NCBI RefSeq assembly: GCF_902713615.1
Contig: NC_052157.1
Coordinates: 2,294,001-2,358,000 of the forward strand
DNA length: 64,000 bases
Direction: 5' to 3'
Origin: Scyliorhinus canicula
Lineage: Eukaryota
Positions within the stretch are counted from its first letter, which is position 1, and each line of letters opens with the position of its first letter. The position numbers and the translations under genes are program-made. Shown here in pieces: positions 10,560 through 22,812 of the stretch. The notes under the pieces were generated by a model. The model was given only the letters and a program-made list of their open reading frames with translations. It had not been told where the DNA came from and made no database searches.

Positions 10560-12230
10560 GATTGAGTCCATCTGCAGCGAGGTGGATTTTCTGTGTAAAC
10601 CGAGGTCGCAGAGACTGAATGCAGCGAGCCCTCGACCGGTAGTCGGTCCTGGTGCTGCTCACTGGTCTTCCCGCCCCTATGTTAAAGAGGAGGAAGATGT
10701 GGATGCTGCTGAGCAATGCTGGCAGAAATCTTTTGCCGCCGGACTCCTGAAGGAGGAGAAGGCCACGCACGCCTCTGCACCTTCTGAGCACTGAAAAGGT
10801 GTCGGTGAAGGAGGCTTTACTATTGACATTGAGGTGACCATAGCCAATCTCAACATTAACGACAGCAGGGACGCGCTTCGCAGGTTCCAGAACATCTCGG
10901 TCCTCCGGGACGGAATGTATGGGGCGTGCTTCCTGCAAGAAACCCACACCGCTCCGGGAGACAAAGCCACATGGCTCCTGGAGTGGCGAGGGGGAGTTTA
11001 CACGAGTCACCTGACCTCATGTATCGGCAGCATGGCTAAAATTTTCAAACTTGTTGGCCCCAAATTTTAAGCCGGAGATCTTGGGGTCAAGTAGCCAGTG
11101 CCAGGCCGGTTGCTGCACATGGCGGTCCGCAAGGGGATCGAAGTGCTTCACTTTGTGAATGTCTACGCTCCCCAGGCTGGCTGGCAGCAGACGACTTTCT
11201 TCGAGCAAGTGTCCACTCATCTTGACACGGAGGAGCGAGCTGTGGCTGCCGGGGTGACCAGGATCAGGGACGTGCTAGTTAGTGGAGGAGGGGGCTGGAT
11301 GACACCCCACGAGTTAGCACAATGTGCGGCAAGGGATGTCTGGCTTGCAACCGATGCCATCCGACTTCTGAAAACAGTTGTGCTCGGACTTGATGGCACT
11401 CACGGTCAAGAGGACTCGCAGGTGTGCGGGTCATCTCCCGTCTGAGCGAACCCCTGCCTGGACAGAATTCCACATTGGGCCCAGGCCCTGAAACCTCCCT
11501 CAGGGGCTGGTGCCCCACAATCCTATTTCGCACTGCTTGGAGGAGTTTCCTGTATGGGCTGCTGACACCACCTTGCCCTCACCAGGACCCGCCCTGGCAT
11601 GCCTTGTTGCCATCCGCCTGCAGAGATCCCCATTGAGGTGCCTCTTGGAGGAGTCCTCCCCCTCAATCTTGGGGAGGGTGTTGCATGCAAGTGCCGTACA
11701 ACCACCGATTGCACCGGTCACAGACTCCCAGGAAGCCTGACATTTTTGCGGCCTCGTAGCGTTCGTGGACCACGTCTATGTTGCGTGTTATAGGCTGCAT
11801 TCCCTTTTTAGTTTTCAGAAAACTGTTTTGTTGGAAGTTTTGTTTTCACTTCAGCCCCACGCTCCTGATCTACAGGTACGCGGTGCGGAGAGGGGCAGGG
11901 AGGGTGGAGGAACCCCTTGTGAACCTGCTCCTGGGGAAGACGCCGTTTATAGGCCTAGGCAGCGGGCGACCAAGAGGGGTCGTCCAACCAGACTGTCTGC
12001 CCCTCTTTTGTGGCTACATTCGCGTCTGGGTGTCCTAGAAAGGGAGCATGCGGTGTCCACAGGCACCATCGAGGCCTTCTGTGCCCGTTGGAGTGCTTTA
12101 ATGACCCTTTTAATTGCACTTTGATTTGATGTTTTTAAGTTTCCGTTGATCTTTGTTGCTTTCGGACAGTGCCCCTAACAGGGGCAGCCCTTTTCACTTT
12201 GCCCCCAAGTTTGTTTCCTGGTTGACCTCA
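10560..12230 (+). mobile_element. Internally deleted Tx1-like LINE (endonuclease N-terminus joined to C-terminal region)
   Basis: IANLNIN...CFLQETH and HFVNVYAP apurinic-endonuclease motifs at 10834-11220, then C-terminal DHVYVAC; no RT core between them. Confidence 0.65.
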
Positions 12231-13349
12231 CAAGAGTGGCCAATCCACCCTAACCTTCACATCTTTGAACTGTGGGAGGAAACCGGAGCACCCGGAGGAA
12301 ACCCACAGAGACACGGGGAGAACGTGCAGTCTCCACACAGACAGTGACCCAAGGCAGGAATTGAACCTGGGTCCCTGGCGCCGTGTCAGCAGTGCTAACC
12401 ACTGTGCTACCAAGCTGCCCATACATGGCCGGGCAGGAGGATTGTTCATAAAACAAGCAAACAGAATTTAAGATGACTTAGCGAGGAGGAAGAGATGGGG
12501 TGCGAGTCCTGATCTACTGTGTCTGTGGGTTGATAGGAAACAAAACGCAAGTTACAAGGAGATGATGGAATAACTGATCCCTGGAACTTATGGGCTTTGC
12601 CTTATCCTGAATAATAAGGATCACACGTTCTGCAGAAGCAAAATCACAAACAGGCAAGTTCAGTTCATCCCATAGCCAAGTCCTCACTTCCGGCCTGCCC
12701 AATATCTGGGTCATCTGTAGCCAGCCCAGGGATCGGGTTATCACACAATCAACTTGAACTTCTGAAGACAATGGAATAAACACTCCCCCTAGATTGGAGT
12801 TTGAACTACAACTTTCCAAACACATTTATTAAACAAGAAATGGATAAACAAGGAGGAACAATGACAAATTATAAATTTACAATAATTACAAGCTTAAATA
12901 TACCCCTGTAATAAAGAATAACCATTGTGCTTGCTCAATGTGAACTACAGCTATCTCAATGTCCCTAACTATGTGCAGTTATCAGGCTGAGATATACTTC
13001 CACAATTTTACCGGGACAAAGATCATTTGGAAAGGTACTCTGATTCAAACACACAGAGGATGCTTCTAGTTGAATTGAATGGCTTGACCCTTTCCACCAA
13101 TAGTCTGCACTGGGCGACTGTGCTTTAAAACAATGTAAGACAGTTCCTGTGCCTGAGGCCAGTTTTTAAACCTCATGCACTGTGACAAGAAGCCATAATG
13201 CATCACTGGTAAAAATGCTCACCGTTATTTACATCTCCTTTATATCCCTGCCTTGGTACTCATAAAACAACTGATCTCTCCTGAACAAAGCACAAGATTC
13301 ACACCCGTCTGCATTCCAGAAATAGTACATGGAGAACTGTTTCCACCGG

Positions 13350-13805
13350 GGTGGCACGGTCACACAGTGGTTAGCGCTGTTGCTTCACAGCGTCCCAGGT
13401 TCGATTCCCACTTGGGTCATTGTGCAGACATTATCCTGTGTTGGCGTGGGTTTCCTCCGGGTGCTTCGGTTTCCTCCCACAGTCCAAAGATGTGCAGGTT
13501 AGGTGGATTGGCCAGGATAAACTGCCCTTAGTGTCCAAAAGGTTAGGTGGGTCTATTAGGTTATGGAGATAGAACAGTACAGCACAGAACAGGCCCTTCG
13601 GTCCTCGATGTTGTGCCGAGCCTTGTCCGAAACCAAACTATCCCACTCCCTGGCATTCTGGTGTGCTCCATGTGCCTATCAAATAACCGCTTGAAAGTTC
13701 CTAACGTGTCCGGTGAAGATGTGGGCTTAAGTGGGGTGCTCTTTCAAAAAGGGCCGGTGCAGACACGATGGGCCAAATGGCTACTGTAAATTCTATGATT
13801 CTACA
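13350..13805 (+). mobile_element. V-SINE with CR1-derived tail, here interrupted by an inverted CR1 3' fragment (~13570-13710); other copies at 3830-4090(-), 32998-33311(+), 34455-34760(-), 35003-35350(-), 43374-43696(-), 46028-46364(-), 54915-55228(-), 56380-56672(+), 61864-62210(+)
   Basis: V-domain plus tail ggtgcagactcgatgggccgaatggcctccttctgcactgtaaattctatg, similar to CR1 3' ends in this window. Confidence 0.75.
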
Positions 13806-16450
13806 ATTAGGATTTCTTCCAATAAAACTCAGGTAGACAAATAAAGAATTAAATAAATCGTCCAACTAATATTTTCATAACAAAGAGTGAACAATAAATT
13901 TCAGACAGGTCAGTGCGAGTGGGAAAGAATCACAAGAAATGGGAGTGACTGCATGCTGCACCATCAGTTACTCCACAGGCTTTTCACACACAGTACTAAG
14001 GACATCTGCTGGCGTCAGTTGTGGATTTAAACACTGGGTGATGGAAGATCCACTCCACGTGACTGCAGCAAGGAAACATTTGGAGATAATTGGGTTAAAA
14101 ATGCAAAAGCAGGGGCGTCACAGTGGTTAGCACTGCTGCCTCACGGCACCGAGGTCCCGGGTTCGATCCCAGCCCCGGGTCACTGCCCATGTGGAGTTTG
14201 CACATTTTCCCTGTGTCCTGCGTGAGTTTTGCCCCCACAGACCAAAGATATACAGGGTCGGTGGATTGGCCACACTAAATTGCCCCTTAATTGAAAAAAA
14301 AAAATTGGGTACTCTAAATTTAATTATGTTTAAATGCAAAAACAGACAACAAAGCACAAGACAGAAAACCCGCCTCCCTGGACAATGGCCACGTCCAGGA
14401 TTGGGAAATGCGCCGGGTTCTGGAACATTAGGTCCTCCTTTATAAACTGGCCAAGAGTGAAGTCGGAGGGCAGCACGGTGGCGCAGTGGTTAGCCCTGCT
14501 GCCTCACGGCGCTGAGGCCCCAGGTTCGATCCTGGCCCTGGGTCACTGTCCATGTGGAGTTTGCACATTCACCCCGTGTCTGCGTGGGTTTTGCCCCCAC
14601 AACCCAAAGATGTGCAGACTAGGTGGATTGGCCACGCTAAATTGCCCCTTAATTGGAAAAAAAGAATTGGGTACTCTAAATTAAAAAATAAAATACATTT
14701 TTTTAAAAAAAGAGTGAAGTTGGATGGTAGAGTTGGTTAAAATACTTCCTAATTTCAGAGTTGAATCTGACACAGGAGACGGCCATTCAGCCCCTCTATC
14801 CTGTTGCACCATCCAATCAGATCATGGCTGATCACTATCCCAACATTTACCACCCTTTATTCCCGAATCCCCTTACCCAATAAACAGAAAGCGATCAATC
14901 TCAGTTAGAGAGCTCCAAATAACCCGCAGCCTCACCCACTGTCTGCACAGCATTCCAGATTTCCACTGCGTTTGGTGTGAAGAATGTTTCCTGACATCAC
15001 CCATTAAAGGCCCGATTCTACTTCTCAGAATCTGCTCCCTTCTTCTGAACTCTCCCACAAAGCGAATAGTTTCTCTGTCTTCCGTATCAACTCCGACATT
15101 TTGAACAGTGTCCTACTAATAAGTTATTTTTTTCCAAGAATGTTGTTTGAATGAATGGGGGTGGTGGGGCTGGTTTCGCACAGTGGGCTAAACAACTGGC
15201 TTGTAATGTAGAACAAGGTCAGCAGCGCGGGTTCAATTCCTGTACTGGCCTCCCTGAACAGGTGCCAGAACATGGCGACTAGGGGCTTTTCACAGTAACT
15301 TCATTGAAGCCCACTTGTGACAATAAGCGATTATTATTATTATAGGAGGAAATGGACTGAAACATAGAAACTAGGAGAAGAGTAGCCATCTGCCCCTTCG
15401 TACCTGCTCCACCATTTAATTATCAAGGCTGATCCTCAAACTGAACACCACACTCTCCCGTTGCCTCTTGACACCGTTAAGAAAAATCTATCTATTTCCT
15501 TCTTAAATATATTCAGTGATTGAGCAGATTCGTCCCGCACACAGAAGCTGCCTTCGAAGGTTGGCACAAATGAAATGTGCTGATCTCTCAGGTGACCCTT
15601 CAATTTCCCAGCTCTCCATTAACTATTAAAAGTAAGTTGTAAGCCATCTGCTCTGCCCTACACTGACAGTCCAGTCTTAATGAGGAACAGGACTTAGCTT
15701 GTCAATAACTCTGGATGCACATCAAGTCCTTGTTGAGAGTTCACAAAGGTGTTTAAGGCACTTCCATAGCAGGGGCAATAAAGTGGGGCAGGTCAGTTCA
15801 CACGGACATCACCCTGGGAGGGACCTTGGTTGCTGGTTGCAGTGGTGTAAAGCAGATTCTCACGGTAATGTCTCCCAGTCTGGAGTTCAGTATTGAGCAA
15901 AGTACAGTCCTTGGTGAGTGAACATTCCCAACAACACCTCAAGGGGTGGTTTAAAAATGATAAGTGATCACCGGCTGATGGTAGATCCTGTGAAGGTGAT
16001 GGGGATCAAAAATGTTTTAATCACTGCACTAAATATTCTGTGCTGATTCAACTATGAAAAACACAAGTTCTGTAACCCAACTCCAAACAACTCCTGCAAT
16101 TGGCACCCATTCAAACATTCGCCTAAATAAGTTGTAACCGTACTTTTAATTGTTATGTCAGTTATTCGGTGTAGTTTGGAACTGGTGCTGCTTACCAATC
16201 CATTGTAGCCCTTCTCACTAAACATTCTTGGCTAAACCTGACGAATGCATGTTCTCATCTCCCCATATGTGGAAAATCTCGGGAGACTCAACTCATCAAT
16301 TATCGCTGGCTTTAAATCCCACCGCTCTTCACCTGCGGCAGGCATCATCTCTAAAGGAAATAAAATAGCAGTGAAACAGAAGCCACCAAGCGTGGCATTA
16401 AACAGCCGTTTCTCAGTCAGTCGAGGCGAACTCTGGCGTTCCGAGTCAGG

Positions 16451-16612
16451 CTACGTGTAAAAGATGATCTCTGGAATCTGCCCATCTTCCACAGACGTCC
16501 CGTTGTTGTTTCCTGGCACGTTGAAGAAGACAAAGTAAGTGTTGATCCCAGTGGTGGGGGACTCGTGAGTGACCTTCCGCAGTCCCTTGGTGCCGTAATG
16601 AGAATCAGGACC
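16451..16612 (-). CDS. BTBD1: BTBD1 coding exon 8 (PHR domain C-terminus, stop TAG)
   Basis: tgtcag| acceptor; [22 protein letters not shown]...[21 protein letters not shown]. Confidence 0.95.
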   Translation of the reverse strand, partial: GPDSHYGTKGLRKVTHESPTTGINTYFVFFNVPGNNNGTSVEDGQIPEIIFYT

Positions 16613-17366
16613 CTGACAGAAGGCAGAAAAGGGAAGCATATTAGAAGCAGCAGAGCAGGAACAATGATGGAGGTCCCAGAGTGTGAACTGCCAAGACGGA
16701 AATCTCCAGTGCACATGGAATACTGGGAATTACCTCCATATTAAATAATTTCCTGTAAATCTGTCCCCAATAAAACAATCCTATCTCACATTCAGAATGG
16801 GATCAGCCTGTGTAAACCTTGTACAGCACAGCCACTCTGTTAAGGATTTAATTACAGTGTGGGGTTGACATACACAGCTGCCTTTATAAATGTCAAACAT
16901 GGACCTTTATAACAGAAATACAAAATATGTTCATAATTGGTGACTTTAAAACGAGGACTTAATTAATTCTATAGAACTGGTCTAATTACCCCTCGCTCTC
17001 ACCATTTGGACCCTGAACGATTTTGTGCACTACATCTGTAGCCATGGGTAAGGTTCCAGGTTTTACTGTCTGTCCTGGTCAGTCTGCCTGCTGATAGAGT
17101 TCATTGGAAGCACCAGGCCAGGTCAGGGTGATGATAGTAACTATGCCCAACTCAGATGGAGTACAATGCAGTCACTGCCATGCCGAGCTCTGACACGGGG
17201 AATGGATACCCAAACACAGTGAGGCGAGAGTGAGACAGTAACGGGAAAGGGAGGAAAGAGAAACTCCCTGCTCGTGGAATTCACTTGGGATAAGAAAAGC
17301 TTCCAATGCAATTGGCTGAGAGAGGGGCCATTTCGGAGTCAAAAGTTCTTGAGGATGAACAGATAC

Positions 17367-17513
17367 CTTGAGAGTCGCACAGGCGGTGTAGCTAACTTTT
17401 GGTAATATCTCAATGGGCTCCTTGAACATGACCCTGAACGTATTGGCCGACCCGTCACAGCAAAACCCTGTGTCGTTCTGTCCGAGTGTTACGTTCTTCT
17501 CATTTTCAATGAT
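17367..17513 (-). CDS. BTBD1: BTBD1 coding exon 7
   Basis: ttccag| and |gtatct; [49 protein letters not shown]. Confidence 0.95.
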
Positions 17514-17589
17514 CTGGAAAGAAAAGGTCAACTCAATTATTTCAAATGGTCACAAACACCAGCTCCCCCCCCCCCCCCTCCCCCCCCCC

Positions 17590-19107
17590 CCCCCGTCAGC
17601 CCAGTTACTGACCACCCCCCCCCCCCACCCCCGTCACTGACCACAAACACCAGCACCCCCCCAGCCGTTACTGACCACACAGCCCAGTTACTGACCACGC
17701 ACACCCCCTCTCCCTCACCCAGTTACTGACCCCCCCCCCGTCAGCCCAGTTACTGACCAAGCACCCCCACACACCCCCCTCAGCCCAGTTACTAACCACA
17801 AACACCAGCCCCCCACCCCCCCCGCTCAACCCAGTTACAGACCACAAACACCACCCCCTCTCCCTCACCTAGTTACTGATCATACACCAGCCCCCCCTCA
17901 GCCCAGTTACTGACCACAAGCATCAGACCCCCCCATCCTCAGCCCAGTTACTGACACAAACCCCCCCCCCTCAGCCCAGTTACTGACCACAAACACCCCC
18001 CCCCTCAGCCCAGTTACTGACCACAAACACCCCCCCCTCAGCCCAGTTACTGACAACAAGCACCAGCCCCACCCGCTCAGCCCAGTTATTGACCACAACC
18101 AACCCCCCCCTCAGCCCAGTTACTGACCACAAGCATCAGCCCCCCCCCCCGCTCAGCCCAGTTACTGACCACAAACACCAGCCACCCCCAGCCCAGTTAC
18201 TGACCACAAACACCCCCCCCCCAGCCCAGTTACTGACCACAAACACCCCCCCCCTCAGCCCAGTTACTGACCACAAGCACCAGCCCCCCCCCTCAGCTCA
18301 GTTACTGACCACAACCAGCCCCCCCCCCCAGCTCAGTTACTGACCACAACCAGCCCCCCCCAGCCCAGCTACTGACCCCCCCCGTCAGCCCAGTTACTGA
18401 CCACAAACACCAGCCACCCCCAGCCCAGTTACTGACCCCCCACCCCCCCGTCAGCCCAGTTACTGACCACACACTCCAACACAGCCCAGTTACTGACCAC
18501 AACCAGCCCCCCCTCCCGCCAGCCCAGTTACTGACCACGCACACCCCCTCTCCCTCACCCAGTTACTGACCCCCCACCCCCCCGTCAGCCCAGTTACTGA
18601 CCACACACTCCAACACAGCCCAGTTACTGACCACACACTCCAACACAGCCCAGTTACTGACCACACACTCCAACACAGCCCAGTTACTGACCACAGCCAG
18701 CACCCCCTCCCGCCAGCCCAGTTACTGACCACGCACACCCCCTCTCCCTTACCCAGTTACTGACCCCCCACCCCCCCGTCAGCCCAGTTACTGACCACAC
18801 ACTCCAACACAGCCCAGTTACTGACCACAACCAGCCCCCCCTCCCGCCAGCCCAGTTACTGACCACGCACACCCCCTCTCCCTCACCCAGTTACTGACCC
18901 CCCACCCCCCCTCAGCCCAGTTACTGACCACAAACACCCCCACCCTCAGCCCAGTTACTGACCACAAGCACCAGCCACCCCCCCCCCCCCCACATCCTCA
19001 GCCCAGTTACTGACCACAAACACCCCCCCCCCTCTCGCCAGCCCAGTTACTGACCACAAGCACCAGCCCCCCCCCCCCTCAGTCCAGTTACTGACCACAA
19101 ACACCAG
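17590..19107. repeat. Complex minisatellite with core AGCCCAGTTACTGACCAC and C-rich spacers
   Basis: Dozens of copies of the core seen directly, with higher-order duplications at 18450-18910. Confidence 0.95.
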
Positions 19108-20614
19108 CTGCCTCTAGGCTTGGGCCTGCAGCGTTGGCATCACTTTGCCAATGCACCTGTGCTGCTGTGACATCATGAGGGGGAGCACTGCTGATAAATT
19201 GCATCGCGCAATAATGTAGTTTTGAGAAATCAGGAAAGAGACTCAAAAGGAGGAACCTTTTGAGAGAAAGAGGCTTGAAAAAATATTTCATATTTCACCT
19301 GAGGAAAGGTCACCAAGAGCTGGTGAAGGGAGTCTATACATTTCTGTTCCTCTCCAATCACAGAACAGCTCACTTAGCAACATTTTATGTTACTCAAGTT
19401 TAACATTTTATCCAACTGGTTATTCAGGAAGATTCAGTGAGCTTGAGGAGTGAATTACTGACACAGACTATTTTCATTAGCCAATTATTCCAAACTCAAT
19501 ATGGCATTTGAATATATCGTAAGGGCCTTTCCGATTGATTTCCTAGTTTCCTATTTCTTTTTCTTTGTTATCATTTTTGATCCATGGATGTTTAATACCT
19601 TTGAGTCGAGCAAAGGAAGTGAGGAACTGAAAGTTGCAAGACAGTGCACTGTGCTATCGGAGATTTCACTTTTGAACAGCAGAACTCAGACTTTCTGGCA
19701 CGCGAGAGGTCGGAGGGATTCAGTTTGATTGGCAGCCTGGTGGCCAATGGCCGTATTCTGCCCAGTGACAGACAGTGATTGGCACTAATACAGAGTGCAC
19801 ATGTTTTCAGAGGATGCAGGAAATGACAGTCGGATCCTGGACACTGAGGAACAGCTGTGAGTGTCTGTCTGTCTTCCTCTCTCTTTCTCCAGAAATACTG
19901 CCTATGTACCGCTTTCTGGACCTGCAGAAACGTTTTTGAGACCTGGATGAATCTACAGTGATTCATTCCAGACTGAAAACAAAAACGTCCACCTGAAGGT
20001 CTAGATTGAAGAAAGGTGAACTGAAAGACGTCCATCGGAAATAAACACTTATCTTTTTAATTTCATTATTATTTTAGACCCCTCTTTCCCCTCTGCGTTT
20101 GTCTGTCACATTACAATGTAATCTTTATTATTGTCACAAGTAGGCTTACATTAACACTGCAATGAAGTTACTGTGAAAAGCCCCTAGTCGCCACATTCCG
20201 GTGCCTGTTCGGGTACACCGAGGGAGAATTCAGAATGTCCAATTCACATAACAAGCACGTCTTTCATGACTTCGGAACCTCCGGAAGAAACCCACGTTGA
20301 CACGGGGAGAACATGCAGACTCAGCATAGACTGTGACCCACGCCAGGAGTCGAACCCGGGTCCCTGGTGCTGTGAAGCAACAGTGCCAACCACTGTGCTA
20401 CAGTGCTGCCCATAAAATATATAGAAATAAAGAGTGGAGTAGGGCAGTATGGGGCGCAGTGGTTAGCACAGCTGCCTCACGGCGCCGAAGACCCAGGTTC
20501 GATCCTGGCCCCGGGTCAGTGTGTGCAGTTTGCACATTCTCCCTGTGTCTGCGTGGGTCTCACCCCCACAACTTAAAGATGTGCAGGGTGGGCGGATTGG
20601 CCACGCTAAATTGC

Positions 20615-20902
20615 CTCGCAGCAAGACAACGAGTGGTTTGCTAGTCCATTTTAGTGGGCATTTAAGAGGTAACCACATTGCCGTGGATCTGGAGTCACGG
20701 AGACCAGGCTGGGTATGGACGGCAGATTTCCTTCCCCAAGGAACACTAGTGAACCAGAGTTTTACAACAAATTGACAATGGCTTCATGGTCATCATTAGA
20801 CTTTAATTCCAGATATTATATTGAGTTTAAATTCCACCACCTGCCGTGGTGGGATTGGAACCCGGGTCCCCAGATCATTACCCCGGTCTCTGGATTACTA
20901 GT
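20615..20902 (-). mobile_element. Deu-domain SINE (SacSINE1/AmnSINE-like)
   Basis: Reverse strand reads tRNA-like head (ggttccaatccc) then ggaaggaaatctgccgtcc...gtgactccagatccacggcaatgtggtt, resembling the Deu core as I recall it. Confidence 0.6.
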
Positions 20903-20925
20903 TATTTAGCATGAAAAGCACGTTC

Positions 20926-22058
20926 ATAGAATGATACAGCGCAGTACAGGCCCTTCGGCCCTCGATGTTGCACCGACATGGAAAAAAAAAACTAAAGGCC
21001 ATCTAACCTACACTATGCCCTTATCATCCATATGCTTATCCAATAAACTTTTAAATGCCCTCAATGTTGGCGAGTTCACTACTGTTGCAGGTAGGGCATT
21101 CCACGGCCTCACCACTCTTTGCGTAAAAAACCCACCTCTGACCTCTGTCCTATATCTATTACCCCTCAATTTAAGGCTATGTCCCCTCGTGCTAGCCACC
21201 TCCATCCGCGGGAGAAGGCTCTCGCTGTCCACCCTATCTAACCCTCTGATCATTTTGTATGCCTCTATTAGGTCACCTCTTAACCTTCTTCTCTCTAACG
21301 AAAACAACCTCAAGTCCATCAGCCTTTCCTCATAAGATTTTTCCTCCATACCAGGCAACATCCTGGTAAATCTCCTCTGCACCCGTTCCAAAGCTTCCAC
21401 GTCCTTCCTATAATGAGGCGACCAGAACTGTACGCAATACTCCAAATGCGGCCGTACTAGAGTTTTGTACATCTGCAACATGACCTCATGGCTCCGGAAC
21501 TCAATCCCTCTACCAATAAAGGCCATCACACCATAGGCCTTCTTCACAACCCTATCAACCTGGGTGGCAACTTTCAGGGATCTATGTACATGGACACCGA
21601 GATCTCTCTGCTCATCCACACTACCAAGAATTTTACCATTAGCCAAATATTCCTCATTCCTGTTATTCTTTCCAAAGTGAATCACCTCACACTTCTCCAC
21701 ATTAAACTCCATTTGCCACCTCTCAGCCCAGCTCTGCAGCTTATCTATGTCCCTCTGTAACCTGCAACATCCTTCCGCACTGTCCACAACTCCACCGACT
21801 TTAGTGTCATCTGCAAATTTACTCACCCATCCTTCTGCGCCCTCCTCTAGGTCATTTATAAAAATGACAAACAGCAACGGCCCCAGAACAGATCCTTGTG
21901 GTACGCCACTCGTAACTGAACTCCATTCTGAACATTTCCCATCAACCACCACTCTCTGTCTTCTTTCAACTAGCCAATTTCTGATCCACATCTCTAAATC
22001 ACCCTCAATCCCCACCCTCCGTATTTTCTGCAATAGCCGACCGTGGGGAACCTTATCA
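20926..22058 (-). mobile_element. 5'-truncated CR1 LINE with uninterrupted RT C-terminal ORF
   Basis: ORF 21008-22105: DKVPHGRLL...[14 protein letters not shown]...KFADDTK...RPHLEYCVQFW; 3' UTR ending in attctatg. Confidence 0.92.
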
Positions 22059-22724
22059 TACAAGGCGTTTGACATCAAGTGGCTTCGACTGCCGGAACAC
22101 TGCACACAGCTTCCAAGGTGGCCACAGCCGCCATTCTCAATAAAAATGCCTGTAGCGGCAGTTGGGCCCTTCTCCCGTGGTTCGGATCACTGTAGAACAC
22201 TGCCACCAATCGTTCCGGGCCCCACCCCCCACCAAACACACCAGTGGGTCTCAACCCACACTTACTTGATGAACCCCGCTCAATAGCGAATACAGAAGCA
22301 AAATATCCATCAACTTACATTCCTGGCTAGCTTCCTCTTGTACACCAATATCTTTCTCCTGATTAACCTTTTAGTCATTCTCTGCTGTTCTTTATATTCT
22401 GACCAATCATCTGACCTGCCACTCACCTTTGTGCAGTTTGTGCTTTCCTTAACTTCTTTAGTTAACCAGGGACTGGAGCTCCTCCTTTACAGCAGGAATA
22501 TACTTAGCTCAGTTTTCTGAAATGTCTACCACTGCACAATTGATTTATCTCCTCGTCTCGTATCCCAATTCACTTCACCTAACTCAGGTGGTCTCGTCTC
22601 GTACCCCAATTCACTTCACCTAACTCAGGTGGTCTTTTTAAAGTTTAAAATACTAGTTTTAGACCCACTCTTCTCCCTTCAAACTGGATGCAAAATTCAA
22701 ACCCACGGAAGAAGTTTCACCCAC

Positions 22725-22812
22725 CTGAATGTTAACCTGGTAATCTGTTGGGCCATGTATAGATCCATAGAGTCCAAAGCCCACAACTGACAATCTCCGA
22801 GTCACTGAAAAC
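22725..22812 (-). CDS. BTBD1: BTBD1 coding exon 6
   Basis: ccaaag| and |gtgggt; (R)[29 protein letters not shown]. Confidence 0.95.

Noticed and set aside
17590-19107. CRISPR-like pattern of constant repeat plus variable spacer
   Set aside because: Vertebrate intron; spacers are related low-complexity C-runs rather than unique sequences; no cas genes.
19390-20110. Possible solo LTR (also 12480-13330)
   Set aside because: Composition is suggestive, but I could not establish TG...CA ends with a TSD or a second copy in the window.
22553-22636. Two-copy ~42-bp tandem duplication near BTBD1 exon 6
   Set aside because: Ordinary local duplication within decayed repeat sequence; it does not touch the splice sites.
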